Shown: positions 1 to 10,741, counted from the whole stretch's first letter. The stretch is 63,846 nucleotides of DNA, filler included, from Octopus bimaculoides (GCF_001194135.2; 4 parts of 4 records of this genome joined end to end with filler, not necessarily neighbours in it); one strand, 5' to 3'. Program-made: numbers and translations. The notes: a model not told the origin generated them from the letters alone.

Positions 1-101
1 ATGTTATGAAAAATAGGTAAAGAATACTGAGATGAAAGTTTAATCTATGACTTTGTATGTATCACTTTCTCTCTCTTTCCCTCTCCCTCTTTTACTCTTA
101 T

Positions 102-369
102 TCTCTATATTTTTATGTTGAGCGCGTGCGTAAGAATGGCGTCCCAGGTAGCAGGGATGAAATATAAAAGTTGCTAGAAACAACAGCCAAATCTCCCTTA
201 AATCACACAAAGTAAACGGAATTTTAAAAATCTAATTACTGCACTGAAAAGTTCAGATCAAGAAAATTCCATTGATGTAAAAATTTTTACGAAAAAGTGG
301 AAAATGTGGATTTCTATAAACATTCAAAAAGGCTTCACACAAACACACAATTTCAGATTTATATATTAA
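102..369 (+). repeat. Dispersed repeat, about 268 bp; inverted near-identical copy at 30615-30882
   Basis: Reverse complement of 30615-30882 aligns without visible gaps and with only scattered substitutions. The motif tagaaacaacagcc recurs near 19150. Confidence 0.9.
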
Positions 370-385
370 GATTTTATAAAGACTT

Positions 386-866
386 CATGGTTTGTCTTGC
401 GACCTAAATGCTGGTCATTTCGCTCGTCACACCGAGCTAAACCTAATCATTAAGCGGGTCCTGGCTCGGGTTAATATCTCCTCAGTTCTGGAGCCATTTC
501 TTGCAAATGGTCTTACCTTTTGTCCCTGATTAAGAAATAGGTGCTTCATCTGGGACCACACAGTCTGTGAATCCTTTGCTCCCTCCACATCCTGGATGCT
601 GTGATAAATGGGAAGGTCACTACTTCCGAAGATGAACCGAACAAAATCCTTAAGTATCGGGACTTGTCAGTGAACCATTTCTTCTGGTCGGTGGCGTTTG
701 AGGCGTTGGACCGCTAACAGCAAAGTTCTTGTCAACGTTGGCAGCTCGCCTTGCCAAGGTGTCGAGTGATGCCTGTGAGGGTGTTTGGTTGTTCCAACGC
801 CTTAACCTCACAATCGCCTGCAATAATGCCGCAAGCATTTTGGCTTGCATCAGTAGGTTCCATTGA
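386..866 (+). mobile_element. CRE-clade non-LTR retrotransposon 3' fragment (restriction-like endonuclease region), with frameshifts and stops
   Basis: Hand translation gives HGLSCDLNAGHFARHTELNLIIKRVLARVNISSVLEP..GLTFCP*..CFIWDHTVCESFAPS, then KYRDLS..FEAL, then WLFQRLNLTIACNNAASILACI. This matches the CRE/RLE C-terminal pattern from family knowledge. Confidence 0.75.
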
Positions 867-1040
867 ATATTGTCGTGTGCTACCAATTGCAGCACTTAGT
901 GTTGAAGTGATGTTTTCTTCTTTCTTTTTCTTCCTTTCTTTCTCTTTTTTTTTTCTTTTCTGTCTTCACTCATGCTTGTGTTTTCTTCGGTTTTGGATTT
1001 GTATTTTAATGTATTTTTGTGTGATATATGTATCATATGT

Positions 1041-1300
1041 GGAGGCGCGTGGCTTAGTGGTTAGGGTGTCAGCATCATGATCGTAAGATTGTGGTTTCGA
1101 TTCCTATACCGGGCGACGCGTTGTGTTCTTGAGCAAAACACTTCATTTCGCGTTGCTCCAGTCCACTCAGCTGGCAAAAATGAGTAACGCTGCGATGGAC
1201 TGGCGTCCCGTCCAGCTGGGGAACACATACGCCATTGAAACCGGGAAACCGGGCCCATGAGCCTGGTTAGGCTTTAAAAGGGCGCATTTATTATTTATTT
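1041..1300 (+). mobile_element. tRNA-derived SINE, family B
   Basis: A-box-like TGGCTTAGTGG and B-box-like GTTTCGATTCC head, AT-rich tail. Related copies at 8526, 13742, 35598 and 39195. Confidence 0.85.
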
Positions 1301-2085
1301 ATATTATATCATATACATACGTGTTATATATGATAATTAACTTATCTAAATTTTCAATAGCTTGGTTTCAGATGACAAGAAGGGTATTCGAGTGTAGAAA
1401 AATCAGTGACAGTCGTGAATAGGGCTATGTTACTTGCTTTATCGACACATGATTTGTGTCCGAGACATATTGCAAGTAAGGGGGCCTACAACTCCCTTCT
1501 AGCAGTTGGCAGTACCAGTAGATCAATGGTTTCTGAGTAATTTTCCTTCTTCGGTACTGGACAACCGCCTGGCTCGAGACAGTAACCAGCCAACCTTAGC
1601 CACAGTATATACTTATCGAAAGCGACTATCAACGCTGATCTCGTTAGGAGAAAAACAACTAGTTTTAAATTTCTTATAAACCAGCTAGAAAAGATGTTCC
1701 CTGGCGTTAAAAAGTAATAACATAGTTCTATTAAGGACTGCCACGTTATATTACTATTCAGTATTGTTACTACATAGGTCTCAATCAGAGATTTAAAGCT
1801 AATTATATATCTATATATATTATAAAGAAGAAAACATACTCCAAACACCTTTGAAGTCATTCAAAATTACAGTATGTCGTTTCTATATTGTGTCCTCCGT
1901 TTTCTACGGGTGATTGGTTGTGTGACGTATACTCGACAACTTTACCATATGTTTGTATGTATGTGTGTGGCGTGTACGTACGTAACATATGTGATAAAGA
2001 GTTAATAGTATGTCAAGGTTAGTTTAGTAAAAGAAAAAAATCACAAATAGCCACAGAACAATGGTTATTTATAAATTTTACGTAC

Positions 2086-2178
2086 CGAAGAAGATTCGAA
2101 ATACTTCCAGTAAATTATAAGATATACAAAAAAGCCTCCTGTTATCAGGATGTAAACTTTTTTTCTATTTTCAATCAT
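2086..2178 (-). CDS. First coding exon of a putative second METTL24-like paralog (membrane-anchor exon): MIENRKKVYILITGGFFVYLIIYWKYFESSS
   Basis: Open 31 codons from ATG, phase-0 GT donor (TCG|gtacgt), clearly homologous to exon 20876-20980. No downstream exons were found in the window. Confidence 0.6.
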
Positions 2179-3000
2179 TTCGAGTCCAAGTCACTACTAA
2201 TAAAATTCAAATGCTGGTTTACGATAAATTATCGAACAGCATGGTCTGCTTATCTTTTCCGATAAATTATAGCGGTGGGAATAATTTATTAAATTACTGC
2301 TAACAAGTTTGGGTTTTTTTATCTCCATTATTCCACTTCGCATTTTTTTCTTTTCTTGCTGCGATTTAAAATTATTTTACGGTTGCTTTTGTAGATATTT
2401 TGGTTTTCGGTTCTACTAAAGTGTGTTAATAGGTGATGACTACGTTGACATGTAAGATATTAAAATATAGACATGTATAAATTGATTCTAAGTTTTATTT
2501 ATTTCTTTTTCTCCGTCAAATATTTAAAATGATAAGTATATTAGAAAATTATAACTTCAAAAGATTTGTTTTATTTTCTTCGTATATTTGTCGCTATTTT
2601 CTTCATATATTTGTCCTTATTTTCTTCATTTTATTCATATATTTTTCTATAACTATTCCATTTCCATTTAAGTTGCTTATAAGAAAAAATATTGTAATAT
2701 TTGAAAGAGGCATAATTTGAGATATGGAAACAGTCCACTGAATGATCTCATTTCTATACAGGTATTATTTCATTTCATTTCCCCTGGGAAGAAGGTCAAT
2801 TCGACCCAGAGAACATAAGAATTTTCTAGTGAATGTAAAGGGACATAACTTTAGGTTACAAAATAACTACAATTCTACCTTATTGGAGTTGTCGTTCATG
2901 CTTGTGCACTAACTACTTGGAATAACCAGTTGCTCGAAACATCAACTGATCCTACAAGCTATTGTATTCATTTCTAATATGTGATGGCAGCCATTAAAAG

Positions 3001-3401
3001 AAGGTGGCTGAGTGATAAGAAGTTTCCTTCCCAAATACATAGTTTCGCATTCAGTCCCACTGTGTAGCATCTTGGCCAGGTGTCTTCTACCATAATCTCG
3101 GGTCGACCAAAGCCTTATGAGTGGATTTGATTGACGGAAACTGAAAGAAGCCCGTCGTATATATGCCTATGTATATATCTATGTGTGTGCGCACCTTTGT
3201 GTCTGTGTTGTTCACACACACACACACATAATGCCTGATAACTGGTGTTGGTATGCTTACGTCCCCGAAACTTAGCAATTCGGCAAAGAAATCGATAGAA
3301 TAAAATAAGTCCTGGGGCCGATTTGTTCGACCAAAACCCTTCAAAGCGGTACCACTGCATGGCTGCAGTCAAATGACTGATGGATGTAAAAGATAAAAAG
3401 A
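3001..3401 (+). mobile_element. SINE family A (most abundant family in the window)
   Basis: tRNA-like head, internal (TG)n, tail gtcaaatgactg..aaaga. More than ten related copies in the window. Confidence 0.85.
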
Positions 3402-3832
3402 TATTAATTTAGCTTTCTCTCTCTCTCTCTCTCTCACTTTCTTTCTCCTTAATGACCGCCAGCAAGATTTCCATAAAACCAGATTCTCTGGTGATCAACT
3501 CCTCTCTGTCACCTACCATGGGGCTCTTGCTTTTGGAAGATGCTGGTGATATTGTCGTCCGCATCTGGAATTTGAATCACCAATCAAAACTTCTATGGCC
3601 TCCTCCCGTCTTTCATCTCTTGAATCAGTGGCTTCCCATTAGATCACGTTATTTTTTATTTAAAGTAATATTCGTGACACGTTACAGGCCTCCGAGGCTG
3701 GTAAAAGGGAGAGGAAAAGGTTACACCAACCAATTTTCCATGAAAACGTGTTCTGATATGAGGAAATATCACTTAGCTTGGTAACAGATGACAAGGACAG
3801 AGTGTAGAAAAATCAGCCTTAACAAATTCTAT

Positions 3833-3924
3833 GTATTTTTCTGCAATGTATGGATAATTTATCTTGATCACGCTATTTATAGCATTATCACGCGTTTGAG
3901 AAATAAATTTATTTCTGTATCTTA
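3833..3924 (+). repeat. 92-bp direct repeat, copy 1
   Basis: 91/92 identical to 4125-4216. The 13-bp sequence cttaacaaattct flanks the unit at 3818-3830 and 4213-4225. Confidence 0.95.
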
Positions 3925-4046
3925 CAATACATCTCAACGATTCTAAAGACAAACTTTGTTTACTTTCATCGTAAAGTTGAATTTAACGTTAGCGTCTTAT
4001 GAAGCTAAATGTATAAGTTCTAAAATTGCAGAAGAATTCGTTGCTG

Positions 4047-4118
4047 GGCAGTTTAGTTTAATGGTAAAACACTTGACATGTAATCACAGAAATGTGAGTT
4101 CGAGTCTCATGGCTGGAT
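4047..4118 (+). tRNA. tRNA-Thr(TGT)-like cloverleaf, probably a pseudogene or tRNA-like structure
   Basis: D stem GTTT/AAAC, T stem GTGAG/CTCAT with TTCGAGT loop, 7-nt anticodon loop with TGT at 4079-4081, A and B boxes present. There are two mismatches in the acceptor stem, two in the anticodon stem, and A at position 33. Confidence 0.6.
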
Positions 4119-4124
4119 GGCAAC

Positions 4125-4216
4125 GTATTTTTCTGCAATGTATGGATAATTTATCCTGATCACGCTATTTATAGCATTATCACGCGTTTGAGAAATAAAT
4201 TTATTTCTGTATCTTA
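4125..4216 (+). repeat. 92-bp direct repeat, copy 2
   Basis: 91/92 identical to 3833-3924; period 292 bp. Confidence 0.95.
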
Positions 4217-4639
4217 ACAAATTCTCTCTGATCTATGGAAAAGTGGACNNNNNNNNNNNNNNNNNNNNNNNNNNNNNNNNNNNNNNNNNNNNNNNNNNNN
4301 NNNNNNNNNNNNNNNNNNNNNNNNNNNNNNNNNNNNNNNNNNNNNNNNNNNNNNNNNNNNNNNNNNNNNNNNNNNNNNNNNNNNNNNNNNNNNNNNNNNN
4401 NNNNNNNNNNNNNNNNNNNNNNNNNNNNNNNNNNNNNNNNNNNNNNNNNNNNNNNNNNNNNNNNNNNNNNNNNNNNNNNNNNNNNNNNNNNNNNNNNNNN
4501 NNNNNNNNNNNNNNNNNNNNNNNNNNNNNNNNNNNNTGATCTCTAATATATACGTGTATATATATATATATATATATATTATGAGAGACAACTTCCTGTT
4601 ACCAAAGAGTTACTTAGCTTGACATTATTATTTGCTATA

Positions 4640-5260
4640 TTAATTTGAGGTGGGGAAAATATAGCAGAAAATATTATTCAGAATATGACCAGGAAATATT
4701 TACGTGATGTTGTGGAAACAAACAGCCTGGTATCATTGCTACACAGGTAGATGATTTCTGCTTTTCGGGTTCAGAGCTCTTCCAGACCCAAGTTATAAGT
4801 AGGCTTCATAAATTATTTAAAGGCAAGTCTGAAGAAATAGTAGAGTTCCAGTATATCAGATTAGATATTGAAAAGAATGGTCAGAATATTAAACTTGGAC
4901 AAGATGAATATGTAAAGGAATTAAAATATATCACAATAAAAAATAACAGAAATGGTTGACATGGCAGAAGCATGTATATTTTATAGAAGATTTTTATTAG
5001 AATTGCTTCAGTTAGAGAATAATAATGAAAAACATAAAATTGCCTAGCAAGACAGACAATTCTTGCCTGTTTGATACAGTACACTAAATTTTAGACAAAA
5101 GGCTTCACACAGAGATGGCCATCCTGGGAAGAATGATAGGCAAAAAGGAAATTGCAGAGATTTCATGGAGTCCAACAAATGTACAAATTACTGACACCTT
5201 CACAAAGAAAGGGATAGCATCCTTTAAGATTCTTGAGTTTATAATAAAGCCTAAAGAATC
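4640..5260 (+). mobile_element. Degenerate Ty1/Copia LTR retrotransposon RT and RNase H fragment
   Basis: Hand translation gives IATQVDDFCFSGSELFQTQVISRLHKLF..FQYIRLDIEKNGQNIKLGQDEYVKEL and EMAILGRMIGKKEIAEISWSPTNVQITDTFTKKG. Confidence 0.7.
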
Positions 5261-6323
5261 TTCAGTATACAGGCATACCTTGGCTTAAGTCTTCTCGATT
5301 ATACATCAGTTTTTAAAAATAATGTATGGAAAAATAAAAATCAAGTCATGTCATTTTAGTTGATTTTACGTCTGTTCACCACAAATATTGGAATCGTAAA
5401 ATTACTAGAAAATCGTTAAAAACACATAAAATCATGTTACTGTACAATAAATAAGAATAAAAGGATATAAAATCATATCAAAATACGTACAGTAAATGTT
5501 AAGATACACACCATAAAGTAGTGTAGCTTAGTGAATGCATCGAAGAACAGCCAGAGTCAGATGTAAATATTGACAATTTACAGCCATCTACATCCACGAT
5601 GTAAACCACCAAACTGTATGTACGTATTGGTAAATTTTAAATAATTTAGTTTTTTTTTTTACTATTGCAAATAATAATAATTACTGAATTTGTTTTTTAA
5701 GCTTAAAAAAAGGCTTTTATGTTACCATGTCTTATTGCAAACCGCATTCATAAAGTGTCCATGATGTATGGTAAACACAGCCAAATTGTATTCGTAAATT
5801 TAGATTGCTTCTTTTTTACTGTACTGTATTAAAAAAATTTTTTTATTGCTTGTTTGTAAGCTTAAAATAGGTCTTTATTAACCATGTATTATTGAAAATG
5901 TGTTCATAATTAAAGTACAGAACTGGGAATGTTTATTATCAGTTTAGCCTAGAGACAGGTAAATTCGGCCTAGCCTAGCCGAAAGAGAAGTTGATTTGAC
6001 TTAAGTCATGTCTCCTGGAACCAATTAATGACATGGGGTGAGGTGTGCCTGTGATTGTTAAAGTTACATTCATTTCCCTTTTTCAGCTGAAAGCCTGGTA
6101 CTAGCATTTAATCTCAATTGCCTGTCACCCATAAAAAAAAAATGAAAAAACAGGAAGATATAGTGCCAAAAGTATAAGGAAGATAATTCATTCCAAATTA
6201 TGAGGGGACTGTAAACAGAAAGTGAAGGATGCACAAGGTGTAAAAAAGAGGTTTCTTGATTTGGTTGTCTCACTAGTAATACAATGTTAACCCTACTGCA
6301 TTTAAAAATGTTTATTTTAATAA

Positions 6324-6327
<4 letters not shown>

Positions 6328-6354
<27 letters not shown>

Positions 6355-6489
6355 TAGTTCCCACCATACAACACTTGACAAGTGTTGGTTTGTTTATGTC
6401 CCCATAACTTAGTGGTACAGCAATAGAGACGCTCCAAACGAGCACCTGTAACCTCATCCACAGTCTAATGACTGAAACAAGATTAAAGA
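6328..6489 (+). mobile_element. SINE family A, partial 3' fragment
   Basis: (TG)n followed by degenerate family A body and tail aatgactgaaacaag. Confidence 0.6.
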
Positions 6490-6756
6490 TTCAAGATCAA
6501 AAGTACAGAGTTTTTCAAATTAAGTCCCTTATAAATTTGTTCAGCATCATATACATCAAATTCTGCCTCAACATTTTCACCACCAGGTGAAAATGATTGT
6601 CCTACCTGTAACCTCTAACCAACAATACAGCTATTCACAATTTGTGATGTCAATTTTCCCAAAAAGAAAATTTATATTTATATATATATATATATATATC
6701 CTACTCTTGTATCCTACACATTTACAAAATGACTTTCTGAAATGAACTTCCATTAT

Positions 6757-6844
6757 GCAGCTGAGGAGTACATTTTCATTGCACATCTTATGTGGTGTTC
6801 TCACTACATAAATAAATGAAGTTTGTACGAAACGTACGTACTGC
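6757..6844 (+). ncRNA. Minimal type I hammerhead ribozyme motif (Penelope-associated type)
   Basis: Stem I GCAG/CUGC, core CUGAGGA (6761-6767), stem II GUACA/UGUAC, then GAAAC-GUAC-GUA. Predicted cleavage after 6840; stem III tetraloop is palindromic. Confidence 0.75.
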
Positions 6845-6995
6845 TATAACCTAATGCATTTTTGTTGCTTTTCTTCAAATTTTATTCACCAAATCTCTTG
6901 ATTTTGTTTTTGGTTTTTACCCTACCAAATTCTGGTGCCTCAAACATTTTAAGTACCACATTTAATTTTTTGATTAAATCTATATTATTATATAT

Positions 6996-7410
6996 AGCTA
7001 CAAGTGTGGTTGTGTGGTAAGAAGCTTGCTTTCCAACCACATGGTTGTGGTTGTGGGTTCAGTCCCACTGCGTGGCACCTTGGGCAACTGTCTTCTATTG
7101 TAGCCTGATGCTGACCACAGCCTTGTGAGTGGATTTGGTAGATGGAAACTGAAAGAAGTCTGTCGTGTATGTGTGTGTGTGTGTGTATATACATATATGC
7201 ATGTATGTATTATGTGTTTGCCCCCCCCCCTGCTCCATCGCCTGACAACTGATGTTCATGTGCTTATGCCCCAAAACTTAGCAGTTCAGCAAAAGGAACT
7301 GATAAAATAAGTACTGGGCTTACAAAGAATAAGTCCTGGGGTCAATTTGTTTGACTAAAGGTGGTGCTCCAGCATGGTCGCAGTCAAATGACAAACAAGT
7401 AAAAGAAGAA
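6996..7410 (+). mobile_element. SINE family A, antisense in the probable 3' UTR of the METTL24-like gene
   Basis: Near full-length family A sequence ending 35 bp from the stop codon at 7445. Confidence 0.9.
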
Positions 7411-7444
7411 TATATATATATATATATATTACTGACAATATATT

Positions 7445-7741
7445 TTAACTAACTTTAACCATGTGGACGTTGTAACATTTGGTCAACAGAATATTTTTAT
7501 GACTGACATAATTGCAGTCTTTGTTCTTCGTTATTGAGAATGTTCGGAAGTTAAGATCCATCAATTTCTTGATAATAATAAGAGCATTATGGAAAGCATT
7601 CCACTTGGACTCTGCAGTGTAATATAGCACATGAAACTCAACTAACAACTGCTTTACAAGATCCAGTTCACCGTCAGAGATTGCCTTTGTCAGGGAGCGC
7701 CATTCTGCCATCTCTATATCTATTTTCAAAATAAATATGTT
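7445..7741 (-). CDS. METTL24: METTL24-like methyltransferase, last coding exon (exon 6)
   Basis: Acceptor tttttcag|AAC, phase 0. Encodes NIFILKIDIEMAEW..VKQLLVEFH..DLNFRTFSITKNKDC..CYNVHMVKVS*, the Methyltransf_22-type C-terminus. Confidence 0.9.
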   Translation of the reverse strand, partial: NIFILKIDIEMAEWRSLTKAISDGELDLVKQLLVEFHVLYYTAESKWNAFHNALIIIKKLMDLNFRTFSITKNKDCNYVSHKNILLTKCYNVHMVKVS

Positions 7742-8049
7742 CTGAAAAATTAAAGACAAAAAAAAGAAAAGATACTGAAGAAACTGTGAAACAAACACAC
7801 TTTTAACAAAGCTTTTGAAATAAGAAATGGATGATGCACAAATAGTTGAATGGAGAGAGAGAGGGGGAGAGGGAGAAAGAGAGGAAGAGCAGGGATAGAA
7901 GGAATAAAGAGGAAAAAATGAAAGAGATAGGGAGGAGGAGGTAAACAGAAAGAAAGACGGAAAAAGAATGTTTTAGTGAAAGATTTGTTTCCTTTATTAG
8001 TCCTTTATATTTTGAACAATAGCCTTGCTAAATCCATTAGCCTTCTGTC

Positions 8050-8320
8050 TGTTCAAGACACTCTTGTTATCCTCATCATCAGGATGAAATCATGGTAATT
8101 CTTTCTGATTTTCAGTTATCAAGACTTATCAATGAATAATTGATAAATTCTGGCATTGATGATTTTATCAGTTATAGCAGTATCTCCATGATCTTTTGCA
8201 GCCTGCTGTTAAGTGTGTGAACATGTTATCATCAGCATTATTTCATTCTGATAATAAGACCAAAGAGATCTTGAAATCTTAATGGACTAATGGATTTGTC
8301 AATATGACTGTTCCTAAATA
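8050..8320 (-). mobile_element. Possible highly degenerate Tc1-like transposase fragment
   Basis: KDHGDTAITDKIINARIYQ resembles the Tc1 G-x-MNA-x-x-Y segment. Multiple stops and frameshifts. Confidence 0.3.
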
Positions 8321-8525
8321 AATATAAAGAACTACTAAGGAAACAGGAAAATTCTTGAAAAGGATGAACCTCAAACACACTTTTATATAGCATGTTTTGA
8401 AAGAAAAGCTGTTCCTTCCTTACTTTCATACATACATACGTACATATATGTAGGCAGGCGCGCACACAGACACACACACACAAATAGATAAACAGACAGC
8501 TATTATATACAAATCCTTCCCAAGT

Positions 8526-8735
8526 CATAGTGACTCATAGGGTCAGTTTTTCAGTTTCCATGGCGTATATATTCTGTCTTGGATGGGATGCTGGCTTGTC
8601 GCAGTATCACTCATTTTCGCCAGCTGAGTGCAACAAGTTTTACTCAAAAACACAATACATTGCTTGGTCAAGAATCAAAACCACAATCTTACAATGATGA
8701 GTCCAACATCCCTAACCACTAAGCCACATGCCTAT
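8526..8735 (-). mobile_element. SINE family B
   Basis: Reverse complement matches the head and body of 1041-1300. Confidence 0.7.
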
Positions 8736-8768
8736 ACAAATATATACATACACACATATATTTCTTAC

Positions 8769-8904
8769 CTCTGTGTGATTTAAATACTTGCGAATGTCTG
8801 AGAGTGTCATAAACGATCTGTCACTAACAACATCCGTTTTATCCATTATTCCAATAGGATGGAAATTCATCAAAGAAAGATTTGGAATTCTTGTTTTATT
8901 TACA
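8769..8904 (-). CDS. METTL24: METTL24-like methyltransferase, exon 5
   Basis: Acceptor ttttactcag|T, donor GAG|gtaaga, phase 2 to 0. Encodes VNKTRIPNLSLMNFHPIGIMDKTDVVSDRSFMTLSDIRKYLNHTE. Confidence 0.88.
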
Positions 8905-9104
8905 CTGAGTAAAAGAAGAAAAAAAGAAAAAAACAAGGAAAAAATAATTTTGCTAACACATGTAAACAAAAAAGAAGCATGCATTAAAAGGAATGAGCCA
9001 TAGCATGCAGGAGAGAAGACTGTACTGGTTCAAATGTATGATACAAAGGAAGCATGATACTTTTTTTTTTACTTCATAATTTAGTTAGTGAGGAAAAGAT
9101 AACT

Positions 9105-9289
9105 CTGGAGAAAAAATTTCAGGAGTGGAAGCAAGGTCTGGATTCAAAGGGCCTCAGAGTTGATTGAACACATGCGTCCCTGCCCGTGGCTTGTACGGCT
9201 CTCACCAGCAACCCCTTTATCCCTAGTTTCTGCAATGACCAGCAGATAAGGGTACGGGGGACCTTGTCGAAGGCTTTCTTCATGTCAGA
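9105..9289. mobile_element. Rearranged RTE fragment: 66-bp direct copy of 9629-9694 fused to an inverted copy of about 9361-9480
   Basis: Exact 66-bp match; inverted arm of about 118 bp with few substitutions; flanked by gaaaagataactctg at 9093-9107 and 9288-9302. Confidence 0.85.
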
Positions 9290-9313
9290 AAAGATAACTC
9301 TGCATGCGTGCAT

Positions 9314-9354
<41 letters not shown>

Positions 9355-10741
9355 GCTTTTGCTGACATGAAGAAAGCCTTCGACAAGGTCCCCTGTACCT
9401 TTATCTGCTGGTCATTGTAGAAACTAGGGATAAAGGAGTCGCTGGTGAGAGCCGTACAAGCCATGTGCAGGGACGCTAGCAATGAATTCAGAATACAAGA
9501 ATCAATCCTCAGCCGCCTCCTGTTCATCATAATCCTCCAAACAAATAACAGATGTATTTAAGTTGGGCTGCCCCTGGAAGCTTCTTTATGCTGATGACCT
9601 TGTTCTTATAGCTGAATCACTAACAGAACTGGAGAAAAAATTTCAGGAGTGGAAGCAAGGTCTGGATTCAAAGGGCCTCAGAGTTGATTGAACAAAATCT
9701 CTTAGTAGGAAAGATGTCAAATCACAAATTCCTCCAGGTAGAAGATATGTAGAAAAGGCATAGGTAGAAACTCTATGAGGTGTACCCAGTGTAAGCTGTG
9801 GACACATGAGAGGTTCAGCAATATCAGAGGAAGCTTAACAGGGGAAATATTCTTTGTGTGTGGCAGATGCAAGGTACAGTAAACAGTAGAAGTATACAGA
9901 AAATACAGACTTCATCAAATGCTAGTGGAGGATAACTAGAAATAGTTGATAACTTTTGTTATCTAGGTGACCAAGTCAGTAGTGGGGGGAGATGCTCTGA
10001 AAGCATAGCTACTAGAATAAGAATAGGCTAGGCAAAATTCAGAGGACTTCTACCTTTGTTGGCAACAAAGGGTTTCTCCTTCAAAGTGAAAGGCAGATTG
10101 TATGATGCCTGTGTGCAAACAGCCATGCTACACTACACTGAAACATGGACTGTGGCAGCAGAGGACGTGTGAAGGCTTGAAAGAAATTAATCTAATATGC
10201 TCCACTGGATGTGCAATGTTGGTGTACATGTACGACTAAGTGTATGCATCTTGAGAGGAAAATTAGGCATAAGAGGCATCAGATGTCGTGAGCAAGAGAG
10301 ACAACTGTGGTGGTATGATTGTGTGATGCACATAGATGAGGACAACTGCATAAAGAATTGCTGATCTCTAACTGTGGAGGGAACTTGTGGAAGAGGTAGA
10401 TCCAGGAAGACATGGGATGAGGTGGTGAAGCATGATCTTTGAATGTGGGGTCTCATGGAGGAGATGATTGTGACCTTTCGCAACTTAATGTGGTTGAGAA
10501 GACTTGTCAAATCAAATGAAATCATAGTTGTGGCCAGTGTTGGAAACATAAAAACACCCATGCTAGAGACATGTAAAAGACACCCACTACACTCTCAGAG
10601 TGGTTGGCATTAGGAAGGGTATCCAGTCACATAGAAATCATGCCAAGTTCAGACTGGAACCTGGTGCAGCTCTCTGGTTTATCAGTTCCACTCAAGCCAT
10701 CTAACCCATACCAGTGAATGTCAAATGATGATGATGATGAT
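9355..10741 (+). mobile_element. RTE-clade LINE 3' part (degenerate RT, 3' UTR, (GAT)n tail)
   Basis: DMKKAFDKV, WKLLYADDLVLIAES, FCYLGDQVS and LYDACVQTAMLH motifs; tail atgatgatgat. Confidence 0.9.

Larger units (their letters stand above)
1790..3530. repeat. Old segmental duplicate of 20050-21985 (first coding exon plus upstream region of METTL24-like genes)
   Basis: Collinear similarity by eye: 1870~20135, 2017~20814, 2760~21550, 3452~21908. Each copy carries its own independent TE insertions. Confidence 0.8.

Noticed and set aside
3452-3784. 110-aa ORF with a similar partner at 21844-22131
   Set aside because: The similarity is explained by the segmental duplication. The frames diverge at the RTE insertion and no protein family is recognisable.
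3833-4218. Reading the 92-bp repeats as LTRs (TG..CA-like ends)
   Set aside because: No clear primer-binding site or polypurine tract, and the flanking duplication is 13 bp rather than 4-6 bp. Kept only as a minor alternative in the finding.
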